64,000 nucleotides of DNA from Octopus vulgaris (lineage: Eukaryota): the NCBI GenBank assembly GCA_951406725.2, contig OX597834.1:12834001-12898000 (forward strand), read 5' to 3'. A program made the translations under genes and the position numbers. The number at the start of each line of letters is the position of its first letter. The first letter of the stretch is position 1. Of this stretch, positions 38,326 to 49,906 are shown one piece after another. Under the pieces are notes generated by a model. The model was not told the DNA's origin. It saw only the letters and a list, made by a program, of their open reading frames with translations, and ran no database searches.

Positions 38326-38330
<5 letters not shown>
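37776..38330. mobile_element. Fold-back element 3, probable Penelope-like inverted terminal repeat pair inserted in (TA)n
   Basis: 37776-38007 is the reverse complement of 38032-38261 (24-nt loop). The right arm continues about 70 bp to a TA run, and each arm holds a hammerhead motif. Confidence 0.85.
38145..38222 (+). ncRNA. Type-I hammerhead motif in the right arm of fold-back 3
   Basis: GCAG-CTGAAGA-[long stem II with TAGAC/GTCTA]-GAAAC-ATAT-GTA-CCGC. The mirror copy at 37814-37891 (-) has a perfect stem I (GCGG/CCGC) but mutated cores (CTGAAAA, GAAGC). Confidence 0.65.
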
Positions 38331-38371
<41 letters not shown>

Positions 38372-38535
38372 GCACACATATATACATATACATATAAGGG
38401 AGTTCACTTTTAGTGGATTCCCTCTCATATGTATCAATAATATTTACTGAATCTCAGTTTTTTATGCGCTAAACCATTGGTGTTAAACTGATATTATTAA
38501 ATTAATATACAATTTTCACCCACATTTTGATTTTA

Positions 38536-38586
<51 letters not shown>

Positions 38587-38587
<1 letters not shown>

Positions 38588-38665
38588 TACGCTTTTACTC
38601 TTACTTGTTTCAGGCATTTGACTGTGGCCATGCTGGAGCACCGCATTTACTCGAGCAAATCGACC
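38587..38665 (-). mobile_element. SINE-A 3' tail fragment
   Basis: TTACTTGTTTCAGGCATTTGACTGTGGCCATGCTGGAGCACCGC. Confidence 0.85.
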
Positions 38666-39964
38666 TTGGTGGTGGTGATGGTCATGGTGGTAGTTGTAGT
38701 CGTGCTGGTGTTGGTCGACGTGGTAATGGTTGTGGTGTTTGTGGCAGAGGTGTCCGTCGTAGTGATTGGATGTGAAGCTGTCGTCTGGCTTCTTCCAATT
38801 TTTTCGTGTGTCGATGGCGGCGGAGTTGGCGTCGATGATCGCACCTGCACCTGTGTTGCTTCCCTCCCCTTCTTCCCTCCCTCGTGAAGCTGTGGTGAAG
38901 GCAGGGTAAGGAAATCAACGTCGTAAAGCGTTGTCAAGGAGACCGGCGTTCTTTTCGACAACGTCTTCAAGGCTTCAAGTCGCTGAAACAGACAATGGCT
39001 AAGAGAGCCCGAAAGCAAATTCTACAAAATCGGGAAACACGCCACACAGGGAAGGTTTTCCGTGCAAAGAATTTGCAAAACCGAATGCTTTAGTTGTTGC
39101 ACAAATTTTACATACGAAATATTATCCGAACACAAACTTTTGAAGGCAATATTGTATGGCGATGGTATTTGTGAAATATGGTAATAGATTTAGTAGCCAA
39201 AAGGAGAGAGCGGAGGCATAGTATGGTGGTGGTGGCGGCGGTGGTAGTGGCAGCGGTGGTGGCGGAGGTGTTGGTAGTGGTGATGGTGGTCGTGGTCGTG
39301 GTGGTCGTCGTGTTTGTGGTGGTGGTGGTGATGGTGGTGGTGGTCGTCGTCGTGTTGTTGTTGTTGGTGGTGGTGGTGATGGTCGTGGTGGTGGTGGTGG
39401 TGGTCGTGATGATGGTGGTGGTAGTGATGTTGGTGGTGGTAGTGATGTTGGTGGTGGTCTTCGTGATGGTGGTGGTGATGGTGGTGGTGGTGGTCATGGT
39501 GGTAGTGGTGATGGTGTTGGTCGTGGTGGTGGTGGTGGCTGAAGCCGTCGTCTGGGTTCTTCCAATTTTTTCGTGTGTCGGTCGCGGCGGAGTTGGCGTC
39601 CATGCTCGCACCTGCACCTGTGTAGCTCCTCCCCCTCTTCAATCCCTCGTGAAGCTGTGGGGAAGGCAGGGTAAGGAAATCAACGTCGTAAAGCGTTGTC
39701 AAGGAGACCAGCCTTCTTTTAGAACAACGACTTCATGGCTTTGAAGTCGCACAAAACAGAAATGGCTAAAAAAGCTGAGACAGATCCACAAAAACGGCAA
39801 AAACCGCCACACAGGACAGGTTTCCCGTGCAAACAATTTGCACAACCGGATGTTTTAGTTGTTGCACAAATTTTACAAAAAATATTATCCGAACACCAAC
39901 TTTTGAAGTTTAGTATTGTCTTTTTTTCATTTTTAACGCTTGTGCAAAATTGGATTTGTTTTTG

Positions 39965-40595
39965 GTGGTAGTGTTGGTGTCACTTGTAGTGGTTGAGGTT
40001 GTAGTAGTAGTGGTGGTGTTGTTGGCAGTTACGGTAAACGGCGAAACGACTATATCGTTGCTGTTGTTGTTGTTGGTGGTGGTGGTGGTAGTGTCGGTGG
40101 TGGTGGTGATGGTGTTGGTAGTGGTGGTAGTGTTGGTGTCACTTGTAGTGGTTGAGGTTGTAGTAGTAGTGGTGGTGGTGTTGTTGGCAGTTACGGTAGA
40201 CGGCGAAACGACGATATCGTTGCTGTTGTTGTTGGTGGTGGTGGTGGTAGTGTCGGTGGTGGTGGTGATGGTGTTGGTAGTGGTGGTAGTGTTGGTGTCA
40301 CTTGTAGTGGTTGAGGTTGTAGTAGTAGTGGTGGTGTTCTTGGCAGTTATGGTAAACGGCAAAACGACGATATCGTTGCTGTTGTTGTTGTCGTTGATGG
40401 TGATAGTGGTGGTCGTGATGGTGGTGGTGGTAGTGATGATGGCGGTGGTGGTGGTCGTCGTGGTGGTGGTAGTGTTGGTGTCACTTGTAGTGGTTTAGGT
40501 TGTAGTAGTAGTGGTGGTGTTGTTGTTGGCAGTTATGGTAGACGGTAAAACGACGATATCGTTGCTGTTGTTGTTGTCGTTGTTGGTGGTGGTGA
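39965..40595. repeat. About 159-bp minisatellite (4 units) built on GGT/GTT triplets
   Basis: Marker CACTTGTAG at 39981, 40140, 40299 and 40482. Confidence 0.9.
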
Positions 40596-40600
40596 CGGTG

Positions 40601-41064
40601 GAATTTCTCAATTCACTGGAGCCTCCTGGACTACTTCCACACATATTAGCACTTACAGTTGGAACTCCTGTAATGCTACTCCGCAATCTGGAACCACCAA
40701 GAGTTTCCAATGGAACACGACTGTTGATAAAGAAAATGATATCACACGTTATCGAGGCGATCATTCTTTCTGGATGTGGAAAAGCTGATGACGTCTTTAT
40801 TCTAAGATTTCCTCTTACTCCATCAGGAGCAGAAATTCCATTTACATTCAGAAGACTGCAAATTCCCCCTTCGTATCAGCTTTGCCATGTCCATTAACAA
40901 ATCTCAGGGTCAAACCCTCTCTGTAGCTGGTCTTCTCTTGGAAGAGCCCTGCTTCTCGCATGAGCGACTGTATTTTGGCTGCTCAAGAGTAGGAACAAAA
41001 GAAACCTTTTTGTATATGCTCCACAAGGAAAAACAAGGAATATTGTTTACAACGAGGTGTTATA
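40601..41064 (+). pseudogene. PIF1-family helicase C-terminal fragment of Helitron RepHel (frameshifted)
   Basis: EFLNSLEPPGLLPH.L.L.VGTPVMLLRNL.PP..NGTRL..FRRLQ.P, frameshift, then FAMSINKSQGQTL..PCFSH..LY..CSRV: SF1 helicase motifs IV-VI as found in Helitrons. Confidence 0.92.
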
Positions 41065-41153
41065 ATCTCAACAGCCAGGAGGTATATACATAATCCCCTT
41101 TTGTTAACAAACTTCATGTACATTCATGACTTTATATTAAAACACACACATAC

Positions 41154-41187
<34 letters not shown>

Positions 41188-41191
41188 ATCC

Positions 41192-41224
<33 letters not shown>

Positions 41225-41273
41225 CGCGTGTATCCATATATATTTGTCTCGAATTATATTATATATATATATA

Positions 41274-41571
41274 TACTCTTTTACTCTTTTGCTTGTTTCA
41301 GTCATTTGACTGCGGCCATGCTGGAGCACCGCCTTTACTCGAGCAACTCGACCCCGGGACTTATTCTTTGTAAGCCCAGTACTTATTCTATCGGTCTCTT
41401 TTGCCGAACCGCTAAGTGACAGGGACATAAACACACCAGCATCGGTTGTCAAGCAATGCCAGGGGGACAGACGCACAGACAAACACAGATACACATACAT
41501 ATATATACATATATACGACGGGCTTCTTTCAGTTTCCGTCTACCAAATCCACTCACAAGGCTTTGGTCGGC
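41274..41571 (-). mobile_element. SINE-A, 5'-truncated
   Basis: Tail and body present, tRNA head missing. Confidence 0.9.
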
Positions 41572-41661
41572 TTTATATATATATAAGGCTTTATATATAT
41601 ATAAAAGAAATGTCTAATACTTCAATTGAATGTAACCGGGCAACGCCGGGTATCTCTGCTA

Positions 41662-41662
<1 letters not shown>

Positions 41663-41729
<67 letters not shown>

Positions 41730-41745
41730 GTGTATATATATATAC

Positions 41746-41778
<33 letters not shown>

Positions 41779-41814
41779 CGTGTATATATATATGTGTGTA
41801 TATATATATGTGTG

Positions 41815-41847
<33 letters not shown>

Positions 41848-41853
41848 GTGTAG

Positions 41854-41885
<32 letters not shown>

Positions 41886-42050
41886 AGATATATATATATA
41901 TGTGTAGATATATATATATATGTGTGTAGATATATATATATATATGCATATATAAGTATGTACATATATATATGTGTGTGTATATGTATATATATATATA
42001 TGTGTGTATATGTATATATATATGTGTGTGTATATGTATATATATATATG

Positions 42051-42081
<31 letters not shown>

Positions 42082-42140
42082 ATGTATATATATATGTGTG
42101 TGTATATGTATATATATATGTATATATATGTGTGTGTATA
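41663..42140. repeat. (TA)n/(TG)n microsatellite
   Basis: Read directly from the sequence; continues at 43141-43398 beyond the LINE. Confidence 0.95.
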
Positions 42141-43140
42141 TGATTGATTGATTGATTGATTGATTCTACTTTCAGCTTATGAGCTGTGGCCATGCTGGGG
42201 CACCGCCATTTGGTGTTGCTACTTGGTTTCACTTCATGGAGGCTTTCTAACAACTGCTATTTGGTGCATGAGAGAGTTCGATGCAGCTGCCCTCATCTGC
42301 CCCTCCTGCCGTGAAGTTGGTTCATCTGGGACACCTGACAGGAAGAGATCCAGCTTCATTTTAAAGACATCTGTATCCACCCCATGCAAGTCTCTCAGGT
42401 TCTTCGGGAGGATATTGAAGAGCTGTGGGCCTCGGAAGCCCAGGCTATCACAGAATCTTGTCCTACATCTTGATGGCAGGTCTGGAGTCCTAGGCACCAC
42501 GCAGTGGCGCCCAGTTCTGGCATTTGCGTAACTCTCGATGCCAAAGTTCAGGACACTTCCATCCAGGATCTTCCAGATGTATATTATGGCATATCTTTCC
42601 CGCCTACGCTCCAGGGAATATAATTTTAATCTCTTGAGTCTTTCCCAGTAGCTTACATTCTTCATAGAGGCTATCTTCTTTGTGTAGCTTCGTTGGATCG
42701 CCTCAAGTTCTGTGATCAACTTGACACTGGATGGTGACCATAGCTGAGAGCAATAGTCAAAGTGGCTTAGGACAAGTGTCTTCCAGAGGACCATCATGGT
42801 TTCTTGTTCTCTTGTTCTAAAGGTTCTAAGAATCCATCCAGCCAGCCGTCTACATTTCATTGTCAGTTTAGCAACATGTACATGAAAGGTCGCGTCATCA
42901 CTCATGTGAATACCCAGGTCACGCACTGATTGTGCCTCTGGGATTGCAATCCCTCCGGGTCCAGTGTATTCATTGGGTATTGCATTCAGTTTTGCATGCT
43001 GATAGTATAAAGCTTGAAACTTTCCAGCATTGAACTGCATGCTATTCTTTTCAGCCCACTTGTATATTTCGTCCAGCTCACATTGCAGGTGTTTTGTGTC
43101 CTCAGGGTTCTGTATTGCCTGTGAAACTTTTGTATCATCA
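42141..43140 (-). mobile_element. 5'-truncated CR1-like LINE; open RT C-terminal ORF of about 300 codons (42234-43140)
   Basis: DDTK (YADD motif)..LQ.ELD..YKWA..N.MQFN..K..RDLGI..DYCSQLWSP..LE.IQR..SYWERLK.LKLYSLERRR..FN.LP; short UTR and (AATC)n tail. Confidence 0.93.
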
Positions 43141-43175
43141 TATATGTATATATGTGTGTGTATATATATATATAC

Positions 43176-43215
<40 letters not shown>

Positions 43216-43310
43216 GTGTATATATATATACGTATATATATATAAATATACATGTATATCTATATATGTGTGTGTATATATGTGTGCGTGCATATATATG
43301 TGTGTATATA

Positions 43311-43356
<46 letters not shown>

Positions 43357-44172
43357 TATGTATATATATATGCGTGTGTATGTATATATATATATATAGG
43401 TGAAAACTTCGAAGAGATTCCACGCAGTGGCAAATACGAAATAAGTTCGAAGTTGAAAATTCACGTGATGTGGTGCTAGATTCAAACGACACCAGCAAGG
43501 TGGAGCGGAGGAGATAAAGGATAAAGAAAATGAGGGTTGAAAATCGGTCTGAAACGATGATTATTTATGCTTAAAATATTGTTTTAAAATGTAAGGTAAC
43601 TTTCGGTGTAAAAGTAAGTATGTGTTAGTACATAATATGTGTAAATTTAATCTGTTAAATGTAGCCGTTTGGAGAAGCAAAAAAAAGTAACAGAATTTTC
43701 TGAGAATTGGAATATTCATAAAATGAATTATCTGGATATATCCACTTTCTACGATCTTCACCGACTTCATTACTAATTTAGTTGCCTGTAATTAAGCTGA
43801 GACCGGCTTTAGGTTCATTAGACCCGATGGCAACTGAACTTTATAAACTGAATAATTAATTTAGATTCAGTGCTTTAAATAATTTAAATATTTCAGGCTA
43901 AAATATGGGGGTAAATTCAATTATCTCGAAAAACGCCACTTTAAAGAAATACATAATCATTGTGAGTAATTATATTTAAAATCAAATTGAATAATTGAAT
44001 ATAGTTAATTAAAATTTAAAATGCAAATCAATAAGCTAAGATTGAAAATTAAAATTATATGTTTAAAACGTAGAATTAAAAGTTCAACGAGGCAAAATTT
44101 ACATTTATGAGGAGCTAAGTAAACAAATATGAGAGAATTTAAAATTATATTTTCAAAAATAATGCAAATAAT

Positions 44173-44348
44173 GCAGGGGTGGCTGTGTGGTAAGTAGCTT
44201 GCTAACCAACCACATGGTTCCGGGTTCAGTCCCACTGCGTGGCATCTTGGGCAAGTGTCTTCTGCTATAGCCCCGGGCCGACCAATGCCTTGTGAGTTGA
44301 TTTGGTAGACGGAAACTGAAAGAAGCCTGTCGTATATATGTGTATATA

Positions 44349-44390
<42 letters not shown>

Positions 44391-44608
44391 TGTGTGTCTT
44401 TGTTTGTTTGTCTGTGTTTGTCCCACTAGCATTGCTTGACAACCGATCCTGGTGTGTTTACGTTCCTGTCACTTAGCGGTTCGGCAAAAGAGACCGATAG
44501 AATAAGTACTGGGCTTACAAAAGAATAAGTCCCGCGGTCGATTTGCTCGACTAAAGGCGGTGCTCCAGCATGGCCGCAGTCAAATGACTGAAACAAGTAA
44601 AAGAGTAA
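44173..44608 (+). mobile_element. SINE-A, near full length
   Basis: Head, microsatellite and tail. Confidence 0.93.
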
Positions 44609-45001
44609 TGCTTTAGATTAAACATTTCTTCACATTGAAATATATTTTTCATTAACACTAGAAGAAACTGAATAACCTCAGGTAGGCTGAGGTTACTCAT
44701 GGAGAAAATTGTTCATATCTGAAAATTTTTACTAACTCCGTGAATCTCAGATAATGAGATTTTCAATAACTGTGTCATGTACAATACAGATTTGCATATA
44801 TGTGTATGTTCTCTTCCCCTTCTCTTCGTTGAGCCAGGAATATATGTATATCTTGGTGAAAGTATATTACAAAAAATTCTCTGCTAATTTCAACAGCAAA
44901 ATCTATATTAGCCTGATAGAGTGAAAATGTTGACAAACATACTAGGTGTGCTTTGTAGATGCAACAGCTACATATATATCGAGGTAGAATACAATATCTT
45001 T

Positions 45002-45420
45002 AAGGCGGCGAGCTGGCAGAAACGTTAGCACGCAGGGCGAAATGCGTAGCCGTATCTCGTCTGCCGTTACGTTCTGAGTTCAAATTCCGCCGAGGTCGAC
45101 TTTGCGTTTCATCCTTTCGAGGTTGATCAATTAAGTACCAGTTACGAATTGGGGTCGATGTAATCGACTTAATCCGTTTGTCTGTCCTTGTTTGTCCCCT
45201 CTGTGTTTAGCCCCTTGTGGGTAATAATTAAATAGGTATATCGTCTGCCATTACGTTCTGAGTTCAAATTCCGCCGAGGTCGACTTTGCCTTTCATCCTT
45301 TCGGGGTCGATAAATTAAGTATCTGGTGCTCACTGGGGTAGATATAATCGACTTAAACCGTTTGTCTGTCCTTGTTTGTCCCCTCTATGTTTAGCCCCTT
45401 GTGGGCAATAAAGAAATAAG
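45002..45420 (+). mobile_element. SINE-B dimer
   Basis: Head at 45002, junction AAATAG|GTATATCGTCTG at about 45236, second tail ends AATAAAGAAATAAG. Confidence 0.9.
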
Positions 45421-45839
45421 TATTCGATATCCTTTCTACAATACCACCCGATATTACCATGTTGAGGTCATAATCATCACCACAGCAGACCTGTAAGAGA
45501 TTTTCAATTAATTTTCTCATAATATAATGCAAATTAGACAATTTTCAATCTGTAAGCATTTTTCACATGAAATGCTTATAAATAAGGTTTATAAATAAAG
45601 TTTATCTACATTATATGTTTGATATATTCTGGACAGCTATGCTATTTATATTTATAAACTATTATATTAAATAATCTACCAAATAGTTATTTGCCATAAA
45701 ATGAGGGCGCCGCTTATTTCACGTAAGAATATGAAACTCAAAATCTAATTTCTGAATTAATTGTTAAATATACTAGGGAGAAATTAGAAAGGTTTGGTGT
45801 CGAATAACGCCCCCACTGCTAAATCTCACGTAAATGGTT

Positions 45840-46203
45840 TCTATATAAACGGCAGTTTGTCTGTGCGTCTGTTTTCTTGTACCCTCACCCTGACCACGGC
45901 TTTCAACCGATTCTGATGAAACTTGACACACACATAGCCCAATGTCATAATTCAAAACTAATGCAGCGAAAATTTTGAAAAGTTCCTCCAGTTCTGAAAA
46001 AAATCGATAAATTCGACATGGGGTCGAGAATCAGAAACACAAACCGCAAACTGTCTAGGAGACGCAACTCCACCTTTTTTAACTAAAAAAAAATTTACTA
46101 TCATTTTTTTCCATCTTTTTGCTGTTTTTTGGCTATAACTCTCTAAAAATGCTTTATAGTTATTTCCCTTACAAACCTGAGCAACGCCGGGCGATACTGC
46201 TAG
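45840..46203 (+). mobile_element. Non-autonomous Helitron (copy of 16248-16618)
   Basis: TC start, near-identical body, hairpin and CTAG|T. Confidence 0.85.
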
Positions 46204-46230
46204 TGGTTTTATATTTCGTTATATGTTATC

Positions 46231-46613
46231 CTCTGTGTGAAAAGTCTGGCTGCATACAAGTTAGCATATGTCACGTGCATACAATTGACAACACAGTTAA
46301 GATTTATTCAGTGAGTTCTATTCAACACGTTTACACGTGGAATTAACAGAATCATTATTAACTTTAGATGGCTCGCAGCCGAGGTGAACAAATAAGTGAG
46401 AGAGATAGACTGACAAAACTTCTACGCCGTCTTGCAGTCTTGGGAAGAGCTATCTGAGCGGGAAATTCGTGGATGTATTCAACATCAAACTCGTGTTCGG
46501 CGTCAAATACTTGACTGTCGTGGTGGTAACAGATTCGTGTAATAAATTTTGTGTTTATTTTTTGTTTCATAATATATATTTTTTTTGGATGCAGCCAGAC
46601 TTTTCACACAGAG
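46231..46613 (+). mobile_element. Tc1-derived internally deleted DNA transposon (MITE-like)
   Basis: 25-bp terminal inverted repeats CTCTGTGTGAAAAGTCTGGCTGCAT / ATGCAGCCAGACTTTTCACACAGAG. Interior encodes QSWEELSEREIRGCIQHQTRVRRQILDCRGGNRFV*, like a Tc1 transposase C-terminus. Confidence 0.75.
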
Positions 46614-46666
46614 ATTCTTTATGCATACTGACAGGCGTAGGTTCTCTATGAATATATGCTAACATA

Positions 46667-46890
46667 TACTCTTTACTCTTTTACTTGTTTCAGTCATTTG
46701 ACTGCAGCCATGCTGGAGCACCGCCTTTAGTCGAGCAAAGCGACCCCGGGACTTATTCTTTGTAAGCCCAGTACTTATTCTATCGGTTTCTTTTGCTGAA
46801 CCGCTAAGTCACGGGGACGTAAACACACCAGCATCGGTTGTCAAGCAATGCTAGGGGGACAAACAAACACACACACAAACACACACACAT

Positions 46891-46921
<31 letters not shown>

Positions 46922-47085
46922 CATATATACAACAGGCTTCTGCAAGTTTCCGTCTACCAAATCCACTCATTGGTCGGCTCGGGGCTATAGCAGAAGACAC
47001 TTGCCCAAGATGCCACGCAGTGGGACTGAACCTGGAACCATGTGGTTGGTAAGCAAGCTACTTACCACACAGCCACTCCTGCGCC
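46667..47085 (-). mobile_element. SINE-A flanked by an about 85-bp direct repeat
   Basis: Flanks 46580-46665 and 47089-47173 are near-identical. Confidence 0.9.
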
Positions 47086-47769
47086 TAATTTTTCGTATGC
47101 AGCCAGGCTTTTCACACAGAGATTCTTCATGCATACTAACAGGCGTAGGTTCTCTATGAATATATGCTAACATGTAAATACACCTAAGATAAATATCAAT
47201 CCGAAAAACAAGAAAGGAATTCAAGATTTATCCTGGTAAGCAACGGCTCTATATAACTCTTCTGAAAGCTAGTTCCTTTCGTAGCTAGAGTACAAGATAA
47301 TATTTCTGCATTAAATATTTGCAAAAGGAATTCCGATCGTGATACACAAACGGTGCAGTCGTGATCTTCATATAAATGTCTATAGAATTTTTTATAATTA
47401 AATGACCAATTAATTATGAATGCCGCCTAACAGTAGACCCTGATAACTGACTGCTAAAGATTCGGTGATTTAGAAAATTAATTCTTTAAGAGAAGCAAAA
47501 ACGCTTAGTGAGAAAAGGCAAGTTCTTTAGGCATTGATCTCAAAGATTGCTTAGATGCTTTCCTCTATTTAGAGAAAAATAGTATGATTTCAATTCGTCT
47601 AAGCTCTCACAATTTAGGGGAGAAACAAAGATCTCCCCGCCCCCCAAATAGAAGTAAAAATGAAAAGAGTGCAGTTTATTGGTTATATAATTATGTTCTC
47701 TCAAGATATTGTCAAATACACTATATTCCGTAACATATATTACATATATGGAGGCGCATATACCTAGGT

Positions 47770-48035
47770 ATGTATATATATATCTATCTATCTATCTATA
47801 TATATATATACACATATATATATCCCTCTATACATATATATAGATATATACATATACATACATATATATACATACATATACATACACACATACATACACA
47901 CACATACACACACATACATACATACACATACACACACACAAACATACACACACACATACATACACATAAGCACACACATACATAAGCACACACATACATA
48001 CACATAAGCACACACATACACACACATACATACAT

Positions 48036-48080
<45 letters not shown>

Positions 48081-48260
48081 GCAGCTAATAACTTTGTGGT
48101 AACTAGTTTTATTTCATTACTTCTCATTCACGTTGCATCTCTCGCATATATACATACATACATATAGGCATAGGCATACATATACATATATATATATATA
48201 TATTTATATATATATTTATATATATGTATATACATAAAAGTACATGTGTGTGTGTGTGTA
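47770..48260. repeat. Compound TA / CA / CATA microsatellite
   Basis: Read directly from the sequence. Confidence 0.95.
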
Positions 48261-49155
48261 GGTAAGTATATGCATGTGCATGAATGTGCGAGTTTCTATG
48301 TCTATTTCTTACTTGAATGCTTTCATGTTCACGTATGTTGTCAATCTCAGCAGATGCTTAGCTCACAAACAGAAAAAAAAAACACTAGTAATTTCCGATC
48401 AGCAAATACTACGAAATGTAAAATTTAGTTTAGCCTAACCAGGAGCGTGGAAATAATTTTGATTAGAACGCGAAATATGTTCAGTACCTGTATTTACGGT
48501 TAGAAATATATTATATTGAACAAAAGATGAACGAATTCACAAAAAAAGAAAAATGGAGTTCAGCAGTACAATTCGGGAAATGAAGCAATTAGCTGTTACG
48601 GTATTTCAATATTCTTCAAAATATTTTTTTTTATCTAGTACACGAGCATTCTGATAATTTAATTTTTCTTTTATCTAGTACATGAGCATTCTGATAATTT
48701 AATTTTTGTTTCTTTCGAGAAAATTTTTGCTTGTAGATCTTTTAATTTACACTTTGCAGCATATAATTTTGCGAAATACGCATTGACCCAAATACATTTT
48801 CAATACCTATCACGTTTCAAAATTGCAGAATAAGCGACTGTCTACATGTACTGCTGTTTGCTATCTTCTTACATCAGCATGGTTGAGTTTATTCTATTGA
48901 ATCTTGGCCTGTAACTATATTTAAACTGAATGATGTGCTTAGTCATCCATCCATCTATCCATTCAAACATCCCCCTATTTATTTATGCTTATATATATCT
49001 AGCTAATAAGCTAGGTACCTATTTGCCAATCTATCACTTCAGCTATCTTTGTCTATCTAAGTATCTATCTATCCCTTCAGCTATCTTTATCTATCTATCT
49101 ATTCAGCTATCGAACAACTGCTGTCTATCTATCTATCTATCTATCTATCCAGCTG

Positions 49156-49906
49156 TCGAACAACTGCTGTCACGTGTGGGACGAGTCGGTTTATCAGCCG
49201 AGTCTATCGTCAATATTGTCACGCCTCCTTCCTTCGAACGGGAAGGAAGAGCTATTTTCATCATCCTTGTGGCTATGGCGAAAGAATGTATCTGGTGGAC
49301 GCGTCTGAAAGGATTGGAGACAAACACTTTCCTCTCTGGTCAATCTCTCAACAACTTCTTCAAGTACCACTTGAAAAGAAAAGTGAGAGTAGAGAGGCAA
49401 GTTTTGTCTAGCGAATGTTTTAAAAAAGATGGGTGAATGTAGCAAGGATGGCACGTATGAATGACGATGCCACCTTGAGCATAATCCTATGAACCCAGAA
49501 ATTGAAAACAGAGGGTTACCCACTTGCAAACAAATGTGGTAACATATAACATTATTGACCAAGGTTACCGTGGTCTTTTTCGTAGGCTTTTCTTCCCATG
49601 GATAAACCTTAGTTGCTATCCCCTTTACACCATATATCATATCACTGTGATACACGATCCCTATTGATCGTATTTTTCCTCTCCCCCTTTTTTCTTTTTT
49701 CATTTCTCTTTTCTTTTGTTCCTTTTCTTTTTTTTTAATTTAATTTTATTTTATCTTTTTTGTTGTTTTTCCCTTTTACGATCCCTTTTGATCGAAAACC
49801 TACGCCACCCTTTTTTTTTCTTTTGTTTTTTTCATCCCCCCAAAGAAAAGCTCTACCTTGTAACTTGTCCAATCTGTGTGCAGCCCTGTGTGGCCAATAA
49901 AGAAAC
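49156..49906 (+). mobile_element. 3' end of an L1/Tx1-clade-like LINE
   Basis: ORF end AIFIILVAMAKECIWWTRLKG..LKRKVRVERQVLSSECFKK(R)W resembles L1/Tx1 ORF2 C-termini (AK..IW..R ... F..RW). T-rich 3' UTR ends in AATAAAGAAA. Confidence 0.7.

Larger units (their letters stand above)
38666..41661 (+). mobile_element. Decayed composite Helitron (GC-rich modules, GGT repeats, helicase fragment, nested SINE, 3' terminus)
   Basis: Helicase fragment at 40601-41064 and a 3' hairpin CCGGGCAACGCCGGG plus CTAG|T at about 41637-41661 on the same strand. The 5' limit is inferred. Confidence 0.6.

Noticed and set aside
39108-40500. Mucin-like poly-Thr, poly-His and poly-Val ORFs
   Set aside because: GGT/ACC triplet repeats are open in several frames on both strands and lie within Helitron-associated repeat DNA; no splice or domain support.
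40601-41064. Host PIF1 gene exon
   Set aside because: Frameshifted, fused to repeats, and followed by a Helitron 3' hairpin-CTAG terminus.
48622-48706. Short tandem duplications here, at 30215-30285 and at 55760-55799
   Set aside because: Ordinary slippage duplications with no further structure.
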